Shown here: one piece after another, positions 38,376 through 50,211 of the stretch | How positions within the stretch are numbered: position 1 is the stretch's first letter | How the letters are laid out: each line of letters begins with the position of its first letter | Assembly: GCA_036172245.1 (NCBI GenBank) | Contig: JAYWIR010000026.1 | Coordinates: forward strand, 806,001 to 870,000 | Source: Raillietiella orientalis | Lineage: Eukaryota | Length of the DNA: 64,000 bases | Direction of reading: 5' to 3' | The notes under the pieces: generated by a model | The model's input: the letters and a program-made list of their open reading frames with translations, nothing else | Databases searched by the model: none | What the model was told of the DNA's origin: nothing | Position numbers and translations under genes: made by a program

Positions 38376-40627
38376 CCCCTCCTGCTTCGGCCAGGGACGT
38401 TCATTGATCAAACTCTACATGCGTGGTACGAGGCCCCACCACGTCTGGAAACACTGAACCTGCCGGGACACCGGGACGCAGCCCGGCGTGGCACCATCCG
38501 ACAGCGAATGAAGATGTGGAAAAACAAAAGGAAAAATAAAAAAAATATACAAGCAAAATGAAGCTGGAGGGTAGGGATGTTAGCACTGTTCGCTTTGGGG
38601 AGTGCCCTTCCTTCGAAGGAAGCACTCTAGGTCCGTCTGCATGCTTCCCATTTTGGGCCATCTCTCAGCTCTCCGCATAAAGCCTACAGCATACAGGATG
38701 ACTTATCTCTCATCCATGTCCCCACGTTTCTGCAAGTGATGCCTGCAGGGAGCCCGAGGGTCGTCCAGAACCGTTCTCAAAGGGGTCGGAGGGCAGAATA
38801 GTCCACAATCAGGTGGGAGAGCGAATCCCGCTCCCCACACCTGGCACAAGCAGGATCCACAGCACCCTTTATCTAGTGGATGCGGCGTGCGTTGCAGGGA
38901 AGACCACAGTGCAATACCAACAACGCCGACTTTTGCCACTTAATGGGCAGGATCCTAAATTCATTGAATACCGGGGCCACTTCAGCTCATCCCTGGGGAT
39001 GGTGAGCAGCTCGCCTCATCTGAATATTCCACGCGGGTGGACGCTCGAAGTCGTGGAATTGGCCAGCTCGTTGATGGTCCATCCGCTCATATTATTTTCG
39101 GTGCCTTTGATACGGTAAGAGACCTGCCACCATGGTGTCCGGCTTCCGTAAAGCGCCCGCCTAAGTAAGGGCCTCGCCGTGACGAGGGGTGTCCTTTACG
39201 CCCACTACCAACTCGCGGAGAACTTCAGAATTTCCCGCAGAGTGCGGCAGCAGTAATTGCTGTTTCAACGGCAGTTCCCATTATCTTCGCTTCACAGGTT
39301 TATCTTCCACCATGTGCCAGCAGTCTCCTTTAGCCAGGCGGAGGAGATCGCAGGGGCTGCAAGCCATCCACCATTTCTCCATGGCCAAGCTTGTCATGCG
39401 CCCAAGCAGTAGGCCGCATCTTCTGATCTTCCGGCCGGGGCACAGAAGAAAAGATGCTAGTCCCTCGCACCTGTAAACACGGCTTGCGAGGAGGCGGGCC
39501 GAAGCCCAACAAGGGTTGCACCATAGCTTCGCTGCGGGGGAGAGGGTGCGCCATCGCAGCTGTTTCTCCACGCGCTCCAGAGTCAGGATGCCAAGACCGC
39601 CGTCCCGACGCGGAGCGCACAAGTACTTCAGAGAGACTCAGGCCTCCCCTTGCCCCAAAGGGCGATGCAAAGGAGGTCCTTCCGACGCTCCTTGCATTTT
39701 ACGGGGTCGGGGCAAACAAAATGCAAGGGGCGGAGGATGGAAGCTGCGAAAGCGTTCCAAAGCGCGGCCCGTTCAGGCAAGTGAAACTTTCCTTCCAAGA
39801 ACGGGCTGATCGTCGTCTCGACTTTTTGGAGGCAGCTAGACCACGCTTCCGCAGGGGAATAGTCCCCCAGCCGCACAGCAAAGTAATTCAAGCACCTGGC
39901 CGTGGGGATCCCCAAACGTACCCAGTCCTGCTGCCATGCCCACGCCGCACCTCTTGGAACAACCGACGATTCCGCCCTGTAAACCTGTAGCCCGGTCTCG
40001 CGGCTAAACAGATCGAAGAAATCCCCGACCGCCTTCGCCGGGGTCGACATGGGCAACAAGAAGAGTAGATCGTCGGCATACGCTGCTACGGAGGGCGTGC
40101 CGGGGCACGACCTCGGCAAGGGGCCAAAGTAACCCTATGCGCTCTGAGCACCAACTCAAAGTAGGTGCCAAACAGCAGGGGACTGAGGCTGTCTCCCCGC
40201 CTTATGCCCCGCAGCACCGATACGCCATACACCTTTTGTTCACTGAAAGAGATGGTAATAATCGCGTTTCGCCAGGAAGAGCGCAAGTAGGAAATCAAGG
40301 AGGGTGGGAAGACCATGCAGCCCTGAAGCTTTAAGAGGAGTTCTTGGTGAACGCAGTCGAACGTCTTATGGAGATAGACTGCGAGCGCTAAGGCCCCCTT
40401 CCCCACCCGGGGATCCCTTCCCAGCCCGGCTGGCGGCCACTAAGTGGGGTTGCCGATTTTTCCATTCCCTTACATCTCTCTCCTCTGCAGGTGCACCCAA
40501 GTGCTTGCGAAGAAGAGGTGGGCATCCTTACTCCGCCCGGGAGCAGCATAATTCGGCTCCGGGCTAATTATGGATTCTGCCAACTGCCCCAGACGCGAAG
40601 CCCATAGCCCTGCTAGCAACTTGGCGT
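38376..40627 (-). mobile_element. Degenerate family C/E-like ORF2 (RT to 3' end)
   Basis: AKLLAGLWASRLG, LAVYLHKTFD, RGDSLSP, YADD. Counterpart of 1141-3136 but without the D insertion. Confidence 0.9.
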
Positions 40628-42895
40628 GCGGACGTGTTTTTTTCCCGCTCCGCTGCACCTGTTGTGAAGCGTTCTTTTTCGTCAGTGTGGAGCATCTGTG
40701 GTGTACAATGGCAGAAATGCCTGAAGACACCGCGATGAACACCGTAAGGGGAGAGGCTTGTTCCTCTCCCCAATTCATAGAGGTGGGGGCAATCGCCCCT
40801 TCGGAGGCAAGGGCAATTGCTCCCTTGAAAAAAAGGGCAACCGCCCCGTCGGTAACGAGGGCTGCCGCTCCTTGGAAAAGGAGGCAACCGCCCTTGTGCA
40901 AAAGGGTGCATCCGCCTCCTGGAAAAAGGGTACAAACGCCACACTGGAAAAAGGCGCAACCGCCCCTATGAAAAAGGGGACAATCGCACCCGTGTATGCG
41001 TCTTCTCCATCAACGAAGACGTGGTGCGCTGTGACTGCAGCGCCATCCCCTGAAGCCATGGCAGAACAACGTGCCTACCGGGATCAAGGAAATAAGCCAT
41101 CCTTGATCTATAAGGTAGACAATTGTATTTGTGGGGAACACCGCTAGTAACTTTGAGAGAGAGTTACAGCGGTTGAATGTGAACGAGGAAGACCTGGAAG
41201 GCCTCTCCGTCATGAGTGGGGGTCAGAGGGTGTAGCTCACTTGCAAAGATGCAAGCCTAGCTCAGCGCCTGCTGAACACCCCCATCACACTGGAAGGCCG
41301 ATAGGTCTTCCCTGTAACAGAGGATCGCTCGGTTGTAGCGCATCTCATCGCTGTAACTCTCAGTATGAGCAAAGCTGGTGTGCAGAAAGAGCTGACGAAA
41401 TATGGTACGGTTCACGCTCTGTGTACCAAGCCTAACGTCTTCCAAACATATAGAAAACTGTTCAGTGCCATGGCTGCAGCGCAAGTGACCGTACACGAAA
41501 ACGGTGGGCTACCCCACAAACTAGTAGTGGACAACGAGACGGTCGACGTCTGGTACGTGAGCAACCTCAGGTACTGTGGAAACTGTGATGCGACAGGGCA
41601 CCTGAAAAAACGGTGCCCTCACATACAGTGCTTTCACTGCAAGGAGAAGGGCCACCTCCGGAAAATGTGCCTAAAGCAAGAACCTGCAGCGGCCTCTGCC
41701 TTCAAAAAAGGTAAGGAGAAACGCTTGGAGAAAACAAGCAAGCCCACAGAAGCAAAGGAAAGGCCAAGCAAAAAGCCAGAGTCGGAATGCTCCTAGCAAA
41801 CGGCGGTCGAGAAAACTTTCGACGACGCTGGTGAGAAGGAAGTCTGGCGGACAGCGAAGCCGAAAATCAAAAAAATCCGAAAAACCGACAGCGGAACCCG
41901 CGACATCCCCTTTAAATGGGAGACAACGCCGCGCGTTGCTCCGCGAATGTTCGGTCGCCTTGGAGAGTGTGGAGGTCCCCGAGACCGCCACCGGGGGAGA
42001 TATCCCCCGCCTCGTTGTCGACGAAGTCGCGACCGCGAAAGGCGAACAGAGGAGGAGCCGAGCGACGCGCTCGCTGCAATCGAGGACTCTGCCTCCCAGC
42101 AGGCGGCGGAAGAGCTCGCCGCGGTACTTGCGTAAACTGACAACGGCGGGCGAAAGGACTTGCGAAGGCCGGCCGCGAGGAAGGCATCTCCGACAGGTGA
42201 CCAGGACCCGGATGCCGGAAGTGCGTCCTCCTCCGCGGAAGCGCCTCCGAAGAAGATTGGACGGAAGTCCTAGCATCCGAAGAGGCGCATCCCGACGAAG
42301 AATGAGGGGGACGCACCGGAAGCCGAGGGAGAAGCTGGCCGCGTGGGAACGGAAGAAGGGATTTTCCCACCCTCCGCTACCGAGCAGCTGGCTACCCCCA
42401 TGGAGGAGGGGGAGAAAGTAAGTGATTGCCGCCCCCTTCCAACGGTTGAACCTGCTGAGGAGATAACCATAGAGGAGGAAGAGCAGACAGTCGACAACCG
42501 CTCCCCTTCGCAGTCCAGCGCAGCCGACGTATCGGGATCCATCGAAGAGGAAGAGCAGGTGCGTGAAACCCGTTCCCTTCCACCGTTGCGGTCCGCCAAG
42601 GAATCGGCCCCCATGGAGGAGGGAGAACCGGTGCGCGGTGATCCCGTTCCTCCATCCGTCCCGCCCAACCAGGTGGCGGGAGCTCCATTGCAACTTTCCC
42701 AGGACTAACACCTGGGCTCGCTTGTCGTCGTCGATTACGCTTGGCCTGTTGGAACGTCAAGGGGCTGCGCGACGACGGCAACACATGTGACATGGCCGCC
42801 ATCCTGCGTGAATTCGACCTGGCGCTCCTGCAGGACATCCACGTGATCACCGCGGAGAACGACCAGGAGATCAAGAGGATCGCAGGGGGGTCTGA
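40628..42895 (+). mobile_element. Family F: 5' UTR, decayed ORF1, start of endonuclease
   Basis: GGACGTGTTTTTTT 5' end; CGNCDATGH..CFHCKEKGH; TAACA at 42706-42710, then PGLACRRRLRLACWNV. Confidence 0.92.
40780..40994 (+). repeat. About 9 degenerate 24-nt tandem repeats in ORF1 (EKGATAPx)
   Basis: Units such as GAAAAAGGCGCAACCGCCCCTATG and AAAAAGGGGACAATCGCACCCGTG. Confidence 0.85.
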
Positions 42896-43780
42896 TTATC
42901 ACCCTGGTGTACCGTAGCGTTTATTAAAAACTATCCGGGAACAGAGTTCCTGGACAAACGAAATACAAGAGAGTAAGAGGGTGGGATCCCCGACAAGCAG
43001 GTCGGTATCCCAAAAGTCCGAAAGCAAACCACGGAGTGGACCAAAGGTTGGCGCACAGGGCCAACACTCGAAGCTGCACCTGCAGCTCGATTGTCTCCAG
43101 CTTCAGGATGCCTAAGTCAGCATCCCAACGCGGAGCCGCCAAGTCTTTCAGGCGGATCCTGCACCTCGCAGGACCCCACAGAGCGTTCCTCAACAGGCTG
43201 TGCGCCTGGAGCTTCGCCGAGTAGGGGAGCAAGCAAACAAAAAACAGGGGGCGCAAGAGGGGGGCAACGAAGGTGTTCCATATCGCGGCCCGCTCCGACA
43301 GGAGGAACCTGCCATGCTGGAACGGGCTCAGCACACTCCTAGCCTTCCGAAGGCGGTTTGACCACACTTCCACTGGGCTGATGTTCCCCAGCGGAACGCT
43401 TAGATATTGGGTGGACGACGCGGTAGGGATCCCCAGGCGGATCCAGTCGGACTGCCCCTCCCACGCCGTACCAATGGGTACGACCACGCTCTTGCTCCTG
43501 TTTACGCTCATGCGCGCTCCCCGGCGGATCAGCTCGAAGAAATCCTCAAGACAGGACGCCGGGGTGGTCATATGTAAAAGAAGAACCAGGTCGTCAGCAT
43601 AGGCTGCCACGGACGGCGTTCCAGGACAAAACTCGGCAGGTTGGCCACCGTCAGCCTGTACGCCCTCAGCACCAACTCAAAGAAGATGCTGAAGAGCAAC
43701 GGGCTTAAACTGTCGCCCTGCCTGATGCCCCGCCACACCGGCACTCCGTACACGTGGCAGCCGCTGAAAGAGATGGAAAT
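42896..43780 (-). mobile_element. RT fragment plus 3' UTR of an A-related family (I), internally deleted
   Basis: QGDSLSP, YADD, APRWDADLG; terminus AATAAACGCTACGGTACACCAGGGTGATAA. Confidence 0.85.
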
Positions 43781-44214
43781 GAGCGGACCTTCGCCGAATA
43801 CGGGGGGCGGGCGATCCAAGGAAAACTGCTCGCAGAACTCTCGGACCGAGGCCTTTGAAAGGTCCCAATCCGGAAGACTCTGGAGCGTGATGCTACTCAG
43901 GAATTCGCGAAGGCGTTCGTTCGCACCTGAGAGTCGCGTCCAGTCCCCCGGCGGACGCCACTCCCTGAATGGCGGTCCCTTGTTGCGAGCCCGCATCTCG
44001 AAAATTAGCCGGGAATGGTCCGACAGCGTCGAGGCAATCTTCCCCCGTTTGCCGACCCGTGAACACAAGTCAGCGTCGAGGATGACGTGGTCAATGCTGC
44101 GGACCATTCCCCTCTCACCCGTTAACAAGTTGCGCGCACGCATGGCGGCGCACAACTCATTCATCGCGTTCACTTGTGTTTCAGGATCACCTGTTAGCAG
44201 GCAGAGATTGAAAT
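43781..44214 (-). mobile_element. Family E endonuclease C-terminal fragment (host of copy A3)
   Basis: FNLCLLTGDPETQVNAMNELC..SIDH..SDH, homologous to 61955-62385. Confidence 0.9.
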
Positions 44215-46417
44215 TTTTCACCCGGTCACGCCGGGGCGTTTATTGAAAATAAATCGGTCAAAGACAATGTCTTTAACCAAAGAAACGACAGGGAGAAAAG
44301 AGAAGTTACCGGCACACAGGTCTGGTTAACAAACCGCTTCCAACAACACTGAGGGAGTAGAGGGATAACAAACAAAAATCAAAATCTCGAGGGAGGGGTA
44401 ACATGTCTTTGGTGAAGCTCCGTACTCACGGGAATTCCAATAGAGAGCACCTAAAATGTTCCGGAGCCTAATAGGGCGAAAGTGGAAAGAAAAAAAAAAA
44501 AACATTTGAAGGGGGCGAGGGAAAAGGTTCACCGGGTGCGCTGTTGGGTATCGTCTGTAAACCGTCGACGTACGCTAGCGAGATCCCTTTTCGTATCCTC
44601 GGTCAATTGAGGCCATCTGGCGGCTCCTTCCATATAGAAAGATGCTTTGCTGATCACCTCTTGGTACTGCTTGGTGATTATCAGCGCCTGGCGGACGGAA
44701 ACTATCGCGCGTATGCAACCGATGATTGCAATCCTTGCGCTTAGTGACAGCCCGCTCGGCGTGAAGAATCGTCGCAGCAAATCTCTTGCGGTGTCCACGG
44801 GATGCATTAGTGCTGTTGCCAGCCTACGCCACAGTCCTTGTAGGACACCGCAGTCCAGAAGTAGGCGCGGAATCGACTCGGTCGATCCGCACCGAACGCA
44901 GTTCGCAGACGCAAGTCCCCCGGAGTCACGATGCCAACGCTCGTTGCACTGAAAACCCCAGTGAACGAAAAGCAGCACGGCTTGTTTCCAAGCAAGAAGG
45001 AGCAGCGAACTGTCGACACACTGTGGAGGGACTACAAGTTCTTCGGGGGTGACACCAAGTTCTTCTGCCCACCGGAGGAGTCCCTTTGCAGTAACACGAG
45101 GAGTGGCGGCGTCCGCCAGCTCACTCGTCTTCCAGGCGCCAAGGAGTTTGGTTTTTCCCACTATCGTGCAGGAAACCTCCCACCTCGCCGGTTGGTAACT
45201 GTCGTTTCTTGCCTCGAGGGCAGACAGCGCTGCGGCAAGAGGCGTGGCAGCCAGGGTAGAAAACTTCACCTCGTCCTGCAAAACTTCTTATAAGGATCAT
45301 GGAGAAAATTGGCGCAGGGGGCGAAGATCTTCAGGGCGTTTTCCTTGGAACGCCGCCCAGGATTCAACACACTCCTGCCAACAAGCTTCAAAGTTCATTG
45401 GGCGGCAGGAGATCCACGAGTAAGCTTCCAGAAGTGCGGTCAACTGCCGCAATGGAAACCCGAAACCCCGCTTCCTGTATTTAGTGCTTCGCAAAAGCGA
45501 GAGAAATCCTCCGCTGCCGGCGCATCTCCGCAGGAGAATGCGGGCTGGCACACACAGGGGGGATGTCCATAGCTGGGCACACAGTGCCAGCAGTCGGAAC
45601 TGCACCTGCAGTCCGATTCGCTCCATTGTCAGGATACCCAAACCAGCATCCCGACGCGGAGCAACCAAATCTTTAAGGCGGATCCTAAATCTCGCCGGAC
45701 CCTAGAGAACGTTCCTGAGCAGGCGTTTAGACCGCTGTTTCGCCCCATGGGGGGGTCCAAAACAAAAAACCAGGGACGGAAGAGGGGGGCCACAAAGGTG
45801 TTCCAAATAGTCGCCCGTTCCTGCAAGGTGAACTTGCCGTTAATGAACGGGCTGATGGCCAACTCTGCTTTCTAAAGACAGTCCGCCCACGCTTCGGCTG
45901 CGCCGACAGCGCCCAACGGAACGCCAAGGTACTTAAAGTACCCGCCCGTGGGGATCCTCAGACGGATAAAGTCGGACTGCCCCTCCCACGACGCACCCAC
46001 AGGAACGACCACGCTCTCCTCTCTGTTTACGCTCACGCCCGCTCCCCGACGAATCAGGTCGAAGAAATCCTCGACACTAGACGCCGGGGTGGACATGGGG
46101 AGCAGAAGAAGCAGGTCATCAGCGTAGGCGGCCACGGCAGGCGTACCCGGGGAGGAGCATGGCAAGTGAGACAGGGTCAGCCTGCACGCTCTCAGCACCA
46201 ACTCAAAGAAGATGCTAAAGAGCAACGGGCTCAAGCTGCCGCCCTGTGGGATGCCCCTACGCACGGGAATACCGTACACGCGGCAGCCGCTGAAAGTGAT
46301 GCAGGTTAGTGCGTGGCACCAGCAGGCGCGCAAATACAGCAGGAGTTCTGCCGGGAACCCAAGGCGTTCCATAAGCTCCAAGAGCAGCTTCTGGTTTACG
46401 CAGTCGAACGCCTTGTG
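44215..46417 (-). mobile_element. Family A copy A3, 3' part (RT to 3' end), degenerate
   Basis: Highly similar to 53838-56039 with a diverged 3' UTR; interrupted by D at HKAFD. Confidence 0.95.
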
Positions 46418-47823
46418 CGCTCTAGGGTGGACGTGTTTTCTCGGTGCTCCTCGTGCCAGGAAGTCTCCCCCAGTGCAAGCGTCGTGTGGTTCTGTGGTCG
46501 ATCAGCGAGCGATGCCTGACGCGACCACCAGGAATGGCCAGGGGGCAGCGGCAACGCCGCCCCCAGAGGCGATGGAGAGCCAGGGGGCGGCGGCAACGTC
46601 GCCCCCGGAGGCGATGGAGGTGGGGGCATCCACCCCCACAGAATCGGTCCCCGCTGCAGCGCGGGCGTGGAGCGCCGTTGTGTCGGCGCCATCGCCTGCA
46701 GCCGCGGTGGAATTGTCGGCCTATGTGGAGGAGGGGTACAACCCCTCATTGTTCTACAAGGTAGGCAATTTATATTCCTTAGAGAGCGCGCGCGCCTTCT
46801 CGAAGGGCATGCGCGCTCTCGATGTGAAAGAGGAGGAGCTTAGCGCTATGACCATCCGCAGCGGGGGTCAGTACGTTGAGGTCATCTGCAAACATGCAGA
46901 GCTGGCCCAACGACTGCTTAAAACCCCCGTTGTGATGGGGACGCGCAGGCTTCTCCCCACTACGGCGGACCGCAGCATGGTGGTCCACCTGTTAGGCGTG
47001 ACCGCGCGAATGCGCAAAGAACAGGTTCGCGCCGCTTTGGAACAGTTCGGAACGGTCCACGCGCAGTGGACGAAAGTAAGTCCTTTCGAGGACTACACGG
47101 GGCTGCAACACGGCCTCACTGCTGCGCGCGTGACCGTTCGGGAGGGCTGCACTCTTCCCCACAAACTGGTGGTCGAAGGCGAAACCGTCGACCTCTGGTA
47201 TGTGGGGAAGCCGAAATACTGCGGCTTCTGCAATACGTCGGGCCACCTCAAAAAGAGGTGTCCCAATGTGCAGTGCCAAGTATGCGGCACAATGGGCCAC
47301 ACGAGGAAGGTGTGCCCAAAAGCAGCAGTGCGGGTGGTTTCCAAGAGAAACCTTAAAAAACGCGCCCGGCTTCTGCAAAAAAGGCTGGCGGCGAAAGCTG
47401 CTGCGAAGGCTGTGCCCCCCGCGCCCAAGACCCAGGCCGCACCCGAGACCCCGCCGACAAACGCCGAAAAAGTTGAGGGAGCCGGCCAGGAGACTGGGTG
47501 GCAAGTGGCAACGGCCAAAAAATCAAAGAAGGAGAGGAGGATGGAAAAAAAAATCGCCTACCAACAGAAGAAGAAAGAGCAGGGTAGCGCGATAATTAAA
47601 GAGTGCAGCGTCGTTGTCGAACGCGTTCTCGATGTTGCCGAACGCTGCCGGAAAGAACTCGCCGCTACCGACAACCTCCCCTCTGTTGACACAGTCAACA
47701 GCGAGGGGAGCGAGCCGGCGGCGGCGTCCGTCATCGACACCACCATCGATGACGTAGCCTTCGCGCGAGCCGCGGAGGAGCTGGCAGCCTCCTTGCAGCC
47801 AGAACCCTCCACGGCCAGTAGGA
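46418..47823 (+). mobile_element. Family D copy: 5' UTR and ORF1 (ATG 46512), interrupted by E
   Basis: GGACGTGTTTT, 42-nt duplicated QGAAATxPPEAME unit, two CCHC knuckles. Confidence 0.93.
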
Positions 47824-50133
47824 GGACGTGTTTTTCCTTCACTCCCCAAAGAGTAGTAGGAAAGCGCTTTTTCTTCTGTGTGGTGTTTTGTGTACATCGT
47901 CGGTGTCCAATGGCCACGACGCCAGAGGACACCGCCATGGAGGTGGGAGTGGGGGAGGCTAGTTCGCCCCCACAGCCTACTGGAGCAGGGGCAGCCGCCC
48001 CGGAATCATCCCCGGCCACGCCGAGGACATGGAGCGCCATGGTGGCCGCGCCCAGCGCAGAAGCCATAGCGGAGATGGCCGCATACAAGGCCTCCGGGTA
48101 CAAGCCATCGCTTGTCTACCAGGTAGGCAACTTGTTCGACGGCCGGACAGCGCGCGCCTTCAGCAAAGCGTTGAAGGACGCGACTGTTAATGAGAAGGAT
48201 CTGGACGGCCTCTCCGTCCTCAGCGGCGGGCAGCGGGTCGAGGTGGTCTGCAAAGATGTCACCTTGGCTCACCGCCTAATCCATGCGCCGCTGAACGTAG
48301 ACGGCCGCAAGATCCTGCCAGTATCAATGGACCGCTCCGTGGTGGTCCACATGACTGGCATCACCAGCCGCATGACGCGGTCAGCGGTTGGTGAGGAATC
48401 GCGAAAGTACGGTGAGGTGCACGCACTGTGGCCGAAACCCTCCATTTTCGACGGCTTCGATAGCCTTTTTGGTGGGCAGGCTGCAGCGCGGGTCACCGTA
48501 CGGGAGAATTGTGGGCTTCCCCACAAACTACAGGTGGCGCAAGAAAACGTCGACCTGTGGTATGTAGGGAAGCCCCGGTATTGCGGGCATTGTGATACCG
48601 TGGGACACCTACGTAAAAGGTGTCTCAATATACAATGCCATTTGTGCGGGGAGCGGGGCCACGTTCGGCGCGTGTGCCCCAAACGCCCCACCCCGGTTCC
48701 CCCTGCCGCGAAAAAAGCGCAGGGGAAACGCGCTTCAAAGGTCTCTAGACCTAAAGTAGAAAAGGGCCAGCACAAGCCGCCAACACCTCAACCTCCGGAG
48801 CGTAAGGCGGAGGATAAACCTTCTGAAACGGTGGAAGGCGAAGAGGGATGGCAGCTTGTAGAGGCCAGAAAGCCGAGGAAACTCCCACCCGCGGAGAGCA
48901 AAGAGCGCAAGACGGCCGGCCGGTAAGCCGAAGAAACCCGGTCGGCGCTCTAAGACCATGCGGGAGTGTACGGTAGCACTGGAACGAATCGTCGTTCCCG
49001 AGATTGCCACCCGGAGCGTCGATCCTCCCCTTGCCGTTTCCGCTGCGCCCGAGGCTCGCGACAGCGAACCCTCTGTTTACACAGAGGGTGAGCCGCGCGA
49101 CATAGCGGCGGTCGAAGCCGCGGACGCCGCGTTCGCGCAAGCGGCGGAGGAGCTCGCGGTCACGCTGGCCGAGCGTGAGAACCCCTCGCGCAAGGCCGTG
49201 CGAAGGCCGGCTCCGGCGAAGAAGGCCCCCACAGGTGAGTTAGACCTGGGGGCCGGAAGCACATCCTCCTCCTCGGAGGCACCCCCCAGGAAGTGGGGAC
49301 GCAAGTCCCAGAAGCCCAGGAGGCGCCTCCCCTCCACCAGCGAGGAGGAGAAGACGGAAGCCGTCGCCAGCGTGGGAAATTCGGAGGAGGAATTCCCACG
49401 CTCGGAAGTCGTCGATGCGGCCACCCCCATGGAGGAGGGTGAACAGGGGGGTGAAGTCCCCCCTGCAGGCGCCGACCCTGAACATCCCGCCCCCATGGAG
49501 GAGGGCGAACAGGTAGGCGCGACTCCACCTGCGGGTGATCCGGCCGACGCGCCGGCACCGATGGAGGAGGGGGACCAGGTGCCTTCAGCACCTGACCCCC
49601 CTCCTCCACCTAGCGTCCCGCCCCAGCAGGTGGCGGACGCCGCACTGCCATCTTCCCAGGAGTAACACCTGGGCTCGCCAGTCGCCGTCGGATTCGCGCG
49701 GCCTGTTGGAATGTCAACGGGCTGCGCGACGACGGTAACAGGCGAGATACAGCCGACACCCTGCGTGAGCTCGACCTGGCCCTGCTGCAGGAGATCCACG
49801 TGATCACCGCGGCAGACGTCCAGGAGATCGAGACGATCGCGGGAGGTCGGCTGTACTGGCAATGCGGCATCCGCAACACCTGCGGGGTCGCGTTCTTCGT
49901 GAAGCCGGCCATCGACGCTGCCGTGAAGAACGTGCGCTTCGATGACGACGGTCGGGTCGGTCAGCTGACTCTCGGCTGGTCGGACTCGATCGATCTGATC
50001 GTCACGAATGTGTACGCCCCAACCGGTCAAAAGGGATACAGCAACCGTACCAGGCTGCTTGAATCCTTGAAGCGCGACTGGCTGGCGAAAACGAGCGTGC
50101 GGAAGGCTCACCTGATAGCGGGAGATTTCAATC
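47824..50133 (+). mobile_element. Family E 5' part: ORF1 (47910-49665, one frameshift near 48920) and endonuclease up to GDFN
   Basis: GGACGTGTTTTT, CCHC knuckles, PMEEG repeats, WNVNG, LLQEIH, NVYAP, AGDFN. Confidence 0.95.
50125..50133 (+). repeat. Target-site duplication ATTTCAATC (also 56040-56048, 61955-61963; minus strand 44206-44214)
   Basis: Exact 9-mer at each family A boundary. Confidence 0.95.
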
Positions 50134-50211
50134 GAGTGCGGACGTGTTTTTCTTCGCTCTCGTCTCCGTGCTTTCATCCGCTTCATCTTGGCGTCGTACA
50201 TTTTGACGACG

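Larger units (their letters stand above)
26641..39458 (-). repeat. Right arm of large inverted duplication
   Basis: Reverse complement of 2054-14871 with scattered substitutions and no net indel. Confidence 0.97.

Noticed and set aside
40780..40994. CRISPR-like array
   Set aside because: Contiguous degenerate coding repeats without unique spacers; no cas genes.
46212..46511. N-terminal extension of the 904-aa ORF
   Set aside because: It is antisense family A RT plus the D 5' UTR; the real ORF1 starts at 46512.
46512..49665. LTR retrotransposon gag suggested by CCHC knuckles
   Set aside because: No LTRs, protease, RNase H or integrase; knuckles are normal in Tx1-type ORF1.
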